Shown here: one piece after another, positions 57,043-64,000 of the stretch
How the letters are laid out: each line of letters begins with the position of its first letter
How positions within the stretch are numbered: position 1 is the stretch's first letter
Assembly (NCBI GenBank): GCA_963674965.2
Contig: CAXXFL010000003.1
Location: 256,001-320,000, forward strand
DNA from: a bacterium
GTDB taxonomy: Bacteria; RBG-13-61-14; DATKZS01
DNA length: 64,000 bases
Reading direction: 5' to 3'
Notes under the pieces: model-generated
Told to the model about the DNA's origin: nothing
Databases searched by the model: none
Seen by the model: only the letters and a program-made list of their open reading frames with translations
Made by a program: the position numbers and the translations under genes

Positions 57043-58365
57043 ATGAGGAGCTGGGCGTCATTGGTGGTAACGTTGTTGGCGGTAGCGCTTTGCCATTCCT
57101 GCGCGGTGAAGAGCTATCCGCGCTCGGTCAACGCCCTCGAGGAATACGCCACCACCGCGGCCCACACCGTCGATATAGTGGCGGGCAAGGTGGCCCCGAA
57201 GGAAAAGACGGGAAGGAAATACGACCTGACCCGCCAGACCCCCTTTATCGAGTACTCCTTTTACATGGACGACAGGTTCAAGGGAAACCCCAAGGCCTTT
57301 TACCCGGCGCCCAAGACCGTTCCCCTCGTCCAGATAGTGGACAAGTTCAAGGACAACAAGAAGCGCGAGATAATGCTCATGAAATGGAAGAGCCAGTACC
57401 GGCCCCAGAACCCGGACTTCGCGCTTTACTACGAGACCTACGTCGAGAACCAGGACGCCTGGGCTATCTTCGCCCGGAGCAAGAAAAAGAACCAGGGCGC
57501 CATCATCGTATGCCACAAGTGGACGGGAACGGACCTCCGTCGCGTCTGGAGGCGCGGCAACTACGACAAATATCTGAAGAAGGGCTACGACGTTCTTCTT
57601 CTCCAGCAGCCCTATCACGGTTTCCGCAGCCTCGAGGGATCGGTCTTCTCGGGCGAGAAGAACCTCTCCGGCGAGGTGGCATCGGTCAACGAGGCCATGT
57701 GCCAGGCCGTGACCGATATTAGGAGCATGGTAAGCTGGCTCAAGAAAAAGCGGGAGTACGAGGTAGTGGGAGTGCTGGGCTACAGCCTGGGCGGGACCGC
57801 GGCACTCCAGGCGGCGGTGGTGGACAAGAACATCGACTTCGTGGTGGCCTGGAAGCCGCCCACCTCTCTGGGCGACGTGAGCCAGGAGTCTCCCCTCGCG
57901 CCCTTCGCCGTCCAGGCCATGAGGATGTCCGACCTGGACCAGGAGGCGGTCAAGAGGATACTGTACGTGTCCGGCCCGGCCAACTTCAATCCCTCCGTCA
58001 GCCCCGACGACGTGATCGTCTTCGCCGGCATGGGCGATACCTTCGTCCCGCCCGAGCAGCCCCTGTTCCTGATCAACCGGTGGGGCGTGAGCAAGGTCGT
58101 CTGGTACGCGGGCGGCCATTACCTCAATATGCAAAAGCCCCTTTGCAAGCGGGAGGAAAGGAAGTTCCTCGACCGGCGGCTGCCCGGCTACGAGGAGCCG
58201 CCCGAGTTCAGTTGGGACAAGCTCTTCAAAAAGGACAAGGACAAGAACAAGGACGTAAAAGACCAGGACAAGGACGGGGCGAAAGAGGAAAAGAAGTCGA
58301 AAAAGAAAAAGAAATGGTGGGACGCGAGGACCTGGAAAAAGGACAAGCCCAAAGATGGGAAATAA
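57043..58365 (+). CDS. Alpha/beta hydrolase lipoprotein with Lys/Asp-rich tail
   Basis: GGAGGAG RBS, lipobox CHSC, GYSLGG nucleophile elbow, D(TFVP) and GGH catalytic motifs. Confidence 0.85.
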   Translation: MRSWASLVVTLLAVALCHSCAVKSYPRSVNALEEYATTAAHTVDIVAGKVAPKEKTGRKYDLTRQTPFIEYSFYMDDRFKGNPKAFYPAPKTVPLVQIVDKFKDNKKREIMLMKWKSQYRPQNPDFALYYETYVENQDAWAIFARSKKKNQGAIIVCHKWTGTDLRRVWRRGNYDKYLKKGYDVLLLQQPYHGFRSLEGSVFSGEKNLSGEVASVNEAMCQAVTDIRSMVSWLKKKREYEVVGVLGYSLGGTAALQAAVVDKNIDFVVAWKPPTSLGDVSQESPLAPFAVQAMRMSDLDQEAVKRILYVSGPANFNPSVSPDDVIVFAGMGDTFVPPEQPLFLINRWGVSKVVWYAGGHYLNMQKPLCKREERKFLDRRLPGYEEPPEFSWDKLFKKDKDKNKDVKDQDKDGAKEEKKSKKKKKWWDARTWKKDKPKDGK

Positions 58366-58470
58366 AGAGGGCTATGGGCCTCCTTCTGGTTCGCGCGTCG
58401 CCACTGGATGATAACCATGGGCGGCCCGGAAAGCCGTCCGCGTCACCCGGGGCGGGGAAGACGTGATTTA

Positions 58471-58499
58471 TTGGCAAGCTCACTTGCCCCTGCTATATT
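58471..58499 (+). promoter_or_regulatory. Possible sigma70 promoter (extended -10) for the repeat lipoprotein
   Basis: TTGGCA, 17 bp, TATATT, preceded by TG. Confidence 0.45.
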
Positions 58500-58577
58500 G
58501 ATATAAGGGAACTGGAAAAATAAATCCGGCTTGAACAATTATTTCGTCCGTAACCTCGGACGGCGGAGGATTCGACC

Positions 58578-59864
58578 ATGAAAGCCATGTTCAGAACCAT
58601 ATTGATTATCGCCCTGGCCATCGCGCCCTACGTGCTTACCCTGGGCTGCGCCGACTTCAAGGGCGAGGACGGCGCCGACGGCAGCACCGGCGACATGGGG
58701 CCTCAAGGTCCCGCCGGCTTTCCCTGCGGCTCGCCCGGCTGCGTCCAGACCGACGACATAGCCGACGAGGCCATCACGCTCGCTAAAATGGCGGAGCACT
58801 CGGTGGGTTACGACCAGTTGGTGACCTACCCTATCATCGGGACCACCGTGATAAGGGACGACGCCGTGAACGGGGATAAAATCGATGACGACTCGATTAC
58901 CTCCGATCATATTCTGGACGGAGAGGTCGATACCGATGATATCGCGACGGACGCCGTGACCTCGAACGAGATTGAAGACTTCACCATTTTGCGCGCGGAC
59001 ATGCATGACAACGCCGTCGACACGGACGTTATCCAGGACCTGAGCGTCGGGAACGTGGACCTGGCCGACGACGCGGTGAACTCGAATAAAATCGAGGACC
59101 TGAGCATATCGGAGGACGATATAGCGGACGGGCAGATAACCTACGTGAAAATGGGAAGCAGCGCCATCGGCTTCGAGCAGATGAGGGCCGACGCTATAGG
59201 TTCCAGCGCCCTTAGGACCGACTCGGTGGGCGTCGACGAAATCGCGCCCAACGCGGTGGGCCTCTCCGAGATGGCGGACAACGCCATCGGCCTCGCGGAG
59301 ATGCGGGACGACGCCATCGGCCTCGCGGAGATGCGGGACAACGCCATCGGAAACGACGAGATGCGGGACAACGCCGTGGACACGGCCGAGATCGCCAACG
59401 GCGGGGTCCATACCGAGGACATAGCCTTGAACGCCGTGTCGAACGTTTATACCAACTCGGACGTGAGCCAAGCGGACTTGACCCTGGATATCCAATGGGA
59501 CGACTCGGCTTATCAAACCTTTGTATCCAGGTCTTTTACCGTGGCCCGAGACAACGGTTTCCAGGTGATCATGGTGGATTTCGACGTTCTAAAAGTGAAT
59601 ATGTCCATTCCGCCGGAAAATTCATCGAGCACGATCGGACTTTTTATCGATACCGATACCGATCCCAGAACCGTGGTTACCGCGGGCGGGAGTTCAGGCG
59701 ATATGTCGGTGCATTTCCACTGGGCCGGCCAACTCACTCAGGGCTCGCATGACGTGTATATCAAGATCAAAGACACGAATATCGCCAATCAACACACCAG
59801 GTTTGTAAACAGGCCGGACTCGGAGGGCCACAGGACCATTACCGTCCTGGACTTCGCCCGGTAA
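58578..59864 (+). CDS. Lipoprotein with short collagen-like segment and about 24 acidic decapeptide repeats (fibre/adhesin-like)
   Basis: GGAGG RBS, lipobox LGC, GEDGADGSTGDMGPQGPAG, repeats of the form (I/M)xDxA(V/I)xxxx, and a beta-rich C-terminal domain. Confidence 0.8.
   Translation: MKAMFRTILIIALAIAPYVLTLGCADFKGEDGADGSTGDMGPQGPAGFPCGSPGCVQTDDIADEAITLAKMAEHSVGYDQLVTYPIIGTTVIRDDAVNGDKIDDDSITSDHILDGEVDTDDIATDAVTSNEIEDFTILRADMHDNAVDTDVIQDLSVGNVDLADDAVNSNKIEDLSISEDDIADGQITYVKMGSSAIGFEQMRADAIGSSALRTDSVGVDEIAPNAVGLSEMADNAIGLAEMRDDAIGLAEMRDNAIGNDEMRDNAVDTAEIANGGVHTEDIALNAVSNVYTNSDVSQADLTLDIQWDDSAYQTFVSRSFTVARDNGFQVIMVDFDVLKVNMSIPPENSSSTIGLFIDTDTDPRTVVTAGGSSGDMSVHFHWAGQLTQGSHDVYIKIKDTNIANQHTRFVNRPDSEGHRTITVLDFAR
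59259..59378 (+). repeat. 30-bp in-frame tandem repeat (about 4 copies)
   Basis: GAGATGCGGGACAACGCCATCGGCCTCGCG-like units. Confidence 0.85.
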
Positions 59865-59874
59865 CGGCCGGGTC

Positions 59875-60678
59875 CCGGGTGACCCGTCCGGTTTCAAAGA
59901 AACCGCGCGGGTCCCGCGAAGCGGGATGGCTATGGAGCCGCTCATCTCTCGTTACCGTTTCTTTCCATCGTTCTCCGACGTCTTGCCAATGTACCTATCC
60001 GCGCGGCGTAAGCCGTTGGATCGTTATATGAGCGACCGGCGAACCTTAGCCCCCTTTCCCGCGCCTTCGGCGCCCAGATAGCGGAGCTATCCGGGCCACC
60101 GCGGCAAAACCGGCCGGGCCATCCCGCCGTTAGCAATGTTGGTTCCCCGATAAGTCCCGTAGGGACGGCGGTCTATAGCCCAGGGTGAAGGCCGCGATTG
60201 GCGGCCGAAACCCTGGGAGAAGATGACGATAAACAAATGAGTCCCAAAGGTACGGCGAAAATGAGGAAAGGCCCGGTAAAATACGGCCATCTTCCTGGCT
60301 GGAAATTTTACGCCGCGCCTTCAGCGCTCGGGTTCTTGCTTGATCTCATACCCAGGGTTACGGACGCGGAGCGCGTCCTCCACCCTGGGCTGTAGATCAT
60401 CGCCCCATCCGGGGCTTTAAAGGAGCGAAAAGAGAGCGGTGGCCCGGCAGGTTTTCAAGAAACCGAGCGGGTCCGGAGAAGCCGGATAGGAACGGGGTCT
60501 CCCTCGGTATTCGATTGTCAAAGAGCAAGGCGGGTCGCGCCGCCGGGGCCTGACTTGGATCGCCATGCCGTCATCGCGTGAAAGCCGCGGGACGCCGGGT
60601 GACCCGTCCGGTTTCGTAAGAAACCGCGCGGGTCCCGCGAAGCGGGATGGGTACGGGGCCGCGTATTTCTCGTTACCG
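59875..60678 (+). repeat. Repeat mosaic: family C (59875-59957, 60595-60678, partial at about 60452), family B (60006-60094) and a REP-like inverted pair (60154-60415)
   Basis: CCGGGTGACCCGTCCGGTTTC..AGAAACCGCGCGGGTCCCGCGAAGCGGGATGG occurs twice; CCCAGGGT..ACCCTGGG hairpins at 60179-60217 and 60351-60389. Confidence 0.85.
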
Positions 60679-61580
60679 CGTATTTCCCACCTGCCCATAC
60701 ACCTATCCGGCTCCACCGGCCCCGGGCGGTTTTTGGCAAAACCGGCCGGGGCACCCCACCAAGGCGATCGTCCTTTGCCAAAGGCCAGACAAGGACCGTC
60801 ACGGGGGCGGGCGCAGTCGGACTCGAGGAAGTCAGCGCGAAAGACCGGCCAGCCGGCTTTTTCGATCATCGATGCCATCGCGGCCAGGCCGCCGTCGCTT
60901 CCGACTTCAGCCAGATAAGGATTGCCTTTGATAGGACTGTAAACCGGGCCGCGTAAAAGATAGACCAGGAGCAGGAACTGAAAAGCCTCGAAATCGTCGT
61001 CGGCGTGGGCCCGGGCGTAATGGTAACCGTCGATCAGGATGGCCGGGCCGAAGCTGAAGGCCAAGTCGAAGGCCTGGTCGCGAGGAACGCCCATTTCATC
61101 AAGGCCGTCGATGACCTCGTCCGGCACGTCAATAAGATAGTCGGGGATTTTGGCGGTCCTTAGCCACGTCTGTATTTGATACCCCACGTGCTCCGGCTCG
61201 GCCGGGGTCCCGAAGAAGCCGTGGTCGAACTCGTCCAGCTCCTTCAACCCGGCTTTCACCGCCGGGCACTCGGGGCAGGTCGAGAGCCAGCGGCCGCATT
61301 GTATGGTTATCTCGCCCGACCGGGTCTCGGTGAGTTTGATGAGTAAGTTGCGGGCCAGGACGCGAGCGATCCGCTTGAACTTCACCGTGGACAACCCGCA
61401 CCGCTTTGCCCAGGCCCCGGCGGGCAAAGTCAGGGCCCGGTTCTCCTCCCCCTCGGCCCGCTCGGCCAGTATCTCGATAAGATAATAGTAAAGCCCGTAG
61501 CCCTCGAGCCCGCACCTCTTCATCACCTCGCTCTTGGCCCAGTCCCGGCCCGCGTCCACCTCATGCTTGAACCAGCGCAT
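60417..61580 (-). CDS. DUF4373 (Lin1244/Lin1753-like) phage replication-organiser-type N-terminal domain protein; C-terminus reads through repeats
   Basis: MRWFKH...GLEGYGLYYYLIEILAE motif, GAGGAGGAG RBS, following HTH-like segment; the last ~110 codons are repeat-derived. Confidence 0.65.
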   Translation of the reverse strand: MRWFKHEVDAGRDWAKSEVMKRCGLEGYGLYYYLIEILAERAEGEENRALTLPAGAWAKRCGLSTVKFKRIARVLARNLLIKLTETRSGEITIQCGRWLSTCPECPAVKAGLKELDEFDHGFFGTPAEPEHVGYQIQTWLRTAKIPDYLIDVPDEVIDGLDEMGVPRDQAFDLAFSFGPAILIDGYHYARAHADDDFEAFQFLLLVYLLRGPVYSPIKGNPYLAEVGSDGGLAAMASMIEKAGWPVFRADFLESDCARPRDGPCLAFGKGRSPWWGAPAGFAKNRPGPVEPDRCMGRWEIRGNEKYAAPYPSRFAGPARFLTKPDGSPGVPRLSRDDGMAIQVRPRRRDPPCSLTIEYRGRPRSYPASPDPLGFLKTCRATALFSLL

Positions 61581-61808
61581 GTTCTCCTCCTCGCAAAAAA
61601 TGCCCTTCTATATATGGCGAAACGGGTGCATTTTTGTGGAGCGCCGGTTGACGAAATGCTGGGTTTACGCGCCCGCGATGATATACCGTTATGGTTAAAT
61701 ACATAATTCCGGGAGGTAAGGGGCGCCGAAAAAAATATCGTCCATCCCTAATATACGACTTCAATTCCATCTCCGCTCGACGGTAAAACCCGGCCGTATC
61801 ACGAATCA

Positions 61809-62180
61809 GGGTCGCCCACGCGTTTTGCGTGGGTGAGCGCGGCGAACGGGCTGAGCGTATAAAGGTTGATCGCATGTTGATTATACTCCTAGTGGCCTCG
61901 ACACGGAGAGGGATGAGGCCTGAAAAGTGGGAGGAACTCAGCCGGCGGCTACGCCGCCCATGCAGAATGCATGGGCGACCCCGCCGTTTAATTTGAAAAG
62001 AATATCATATTGCGTGCTTACTTCTGAATGAAATAATACTCAGCCCGCGGCTTACGCCGCCCATGCAGGATGCATGGGCGACCCCGGCTGGCCGAAGGCG
62101 TGGGAAAGGGGGCTACGGTCCGCCGGGCGCTTACATAAGAATCCAACGGCTTACGCCGCGCGGATAGGCGAGCTATCCGC
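61809..62180. repeat. Repeat mosaic: three family A palindromes (61809, 61938, 62040) and an inverted family B copy (62092-62168)
   Basis: GGGTCGCCCACGC..GCGTGGG and its reverse complement CCCATGCA..TGCATGGGCGACCC. Confidence 0.85.
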
Positions 62181-62441
62181 GCCACCCGCGACTTGATACT
62201 CATAACCGCCGATCTTGTAATGATCCACGTAATATGCCTCGTATTTATCCGTTTCCACGTCCTTAAGCTTGACGCCGAGGGAATTTTCCATATCGGCTTT
62301 GTCCATGTCCCAGCTCAAGTCCTTGAAGCATTGCGCCGGTATCCCTGGCTTGGTCTCCTTTTGATTGGTCTCCCCTTGTCCATGCGCGGCCATGAGGAAA
62401 GCGGCCAGGACGCCGATTGAAATAAGGACCGTACTTCGCAT
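62151..62441 (-). pseudogene. Secreted hypothetical protein, apparently truncated by a repeat element
   Basis: AAGGAGG RBS and signal peptide; the frame runs into the family B repeat and stops within it. Confidence 0.55.
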
Positions 62442-62724
62442 GATTATACCTCCTTAAATAATTCCTTGCATTACGCCCGTCTCTTGTCAACCCTGCGTTG
62501 TCCCTTTCCATACATATCCCACATGGCTCCGCTATGTGGACGAGCATGGCGAGCGGGTCATGGCGTCCCGCAAAGCGGGATGGGCAGGCCGCCACGACTT
62601 CCCTCGCGACCTCATCTTTCCACCGTCCTTTTCCATCTTGCCCATCACCTATCCGGCTTCGCCGCCGTTTTTTATCAACCCTTCGTCATCCCGCCCTTCG
62701 TTGTTCCCCGCCATCCCTCCCGTT

Positions 62725-64000
62725 TCAAATATCTATCGGATACCTCCCGTATTTCTTGCAGGCCTCGACCATGGCGCGGTAGTTTTCGGGCTTGACGTAG
62801 TCGGGCACGGAGTTGGAGGCGGCCAGTCCCCAGCCGCCGCCGGGGGCCAGCTCGCGTATGCGCTTTTTCACCTGCTCCTCCACCTCGGCCGCCGTGCCCA
62901 GGGTGAGGGTGTAATCGAGGTCGATGTTGCCGAAGATACAGAAGCGGCCGCCGTGGTTTTTCTTCACCTCCACTATATCCATGGCCTGCGGCTCGATGGG
63001 ATGGATGGCCTTGATACCGCAGTCGGCCAGGTCGTCCAGGACCGACAGGAGCGTCCCGTCGGAATGGAAGATGAAGGGCAGGCCCGCGTCGTCCAGGACC
63101 TCGCCGAACTTCTTGTACCAGGGGAAGACGTACTTGCGATACACCGCGGGCGAGACCAGGGTCCCGGTGGTGTGGGCCAGGTCGTCGGACATGAACACGG
63201 CCCCGAGGCGGGGCATGGTCGCGAGCTTTCTGGCAATTTTGAGGTAGCTCGATCCGATGATCTCGAACATGGCCTCGATCACGGCGGGGTCGTCGTAGAG
63301 GGCGTAGGAGAAGTTCTGCAGGCCCATGCTCTGGGAGGTGTTGCCGAAAACCGCGGCCGGGCTGAGCATGCCGATGATTTTCATCTTGGGCGGGAGCAGG
63401 TCGGCCATCTCGTAAAAGGAGGAAAAGTCCACCTGGTCGGGGTCGGGCCAGGGGAACTTCTCCACGTCCGCGATGGTCTTGATGATGCCCTCGCTCTCGG
63501 TCAGCCAGGCCCGCTCCCGGTCGGACTCGGCCATGGTCCCGTCCGCGTCCGCGGCCGTGCGCATAAGCCGGGGCGTGAAAAAGGGAGGCAGCACGGGCAC
63601 GAAGTCGTAGCCGGCCCGGACGTAGAACTCGATCTCGTCCTCCGCGCTGGCGATCTCGCGGCCGAGGAAGCTCTCCTGGATGGGGATGGCTATCTCGGCC
63701 TCGAACTGCGGCACCCGGTCGGCCTCCTCCCGGCGGAGGGCGGCCTCGAGGCGGGAGAAGTCGGGATCGAGAGGGACGCCGCCGAGTTCTCCCGTCACCT
63801 GGACCGGCCCTTTCGGCTTTTCCCCCCCGCTAAAGACACCCTTCAGGCGGCCCCAGAAAGAGCCCCTCCCGGACTCCCCAAGAGAGTCCGACACCTTGAG
63901 CGTGGCGCCGCCGTACTCGTTGGTGATAAAGCTTATCTTGATCGTGTGTTTGCCCGGAGAGAGCCGCTGGCCCTTGACCTGGATAAGGAGCCTCGAGTCC
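62725..64000 (-). CDS. Uroporphyrinogen decarboxylase (URO-D/MtaA-CmuA) family protein with additional N-terminal domain; 5' end outside window
   Basis: ADRVP, WPDP, SDDLA, FHSDG, IHPIEP, GNID, SNSVP, ENYRAM. The frame stays open to the window edge (DSRLLIQVKGQRLSPGKHTIKISF...). Confidence 0.88.
   Translation of the reverse strand, partial: DSRLLIQVKGQRLSPGKHTIKISFITNEYGGATLKVSDSLGESGRGSFWGRLKGVFSGGEKPKGPVQVTGELGGVPLDPDFSRLEAALRREEADRVPQFEAEIAIPIQESFLGREIASAEDEIEFYVRAGYDFVPVLPPFFTPRLMRTAADADGTMAESDRERAWLTESEGIIKTIADVEKFPWPDPDQVDFSSFYEMADLLPPKMKIIGMLSPAAVFGNTSQSMGLQNFSYALYDDPAVIEAMFEIIGSSYLKIARKLATMPRLGAVFMSDDLAHTTGTLVSPAVYRKYVFPWYKKFGEVLDDAGLPFIFHSDGTLLSVLDDLADCGIKAIHPIEPQAMDIVEVKKNHGGRFCIFGNIDLDYTLTLGTAAEVEEQVKKRIRELAPGGGWGLAASNSVPDYVKPENYRAMVEACKKYGRYPIDI

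Noticed and set aside
59259-59378. 30-bp repeats as CRISPR
   Set aside because: They are contiguous in-frame coding repeats without spacers.

Overview
GC-rich (about 60-65% by eye) bacterial chromosomal segment, probably from a Deltaproteobacteria-like (Desulfobacterota/Myxococcota-type) organism; the taxonomy is an inference from gene content. From left to right it holds: a type VI secretion spike module (extended VgrG, DUF2169-pentapeptide, pentapeptide, DUF3540, DUF4150/PAAR-like; cut by the window edge); a ROK-regulated xylose operon (xylR-xylA-xylF-xylG-xylH, a Tat-exported GH3 and an acyltransferase) with a clear sigma70 promoter and Firmicutes-type XylR operator; an intact IS481 element inserted into a REP-like hairpin inside a putative 186-bp MITE; housekeeping genes (coaD, aspartate aminotransferase, Na/Pi symporter, dnaB, tolB, pal, lipB, addAB); several signalling proteins; an orphan vsr; a decapeptide-repeat lipoprotein; and two mosaics of palindromic repeats with truncated gene relics. 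The most striking unexplained signal is strong, frame-independent enrichment of the palindrome CTCGAG in host genes, which was not seen in the IS or in 58.4-60.8 kb. No rRNA, tRNA or CRISPR array was seen. All counts were made by eye and no database searches were run.
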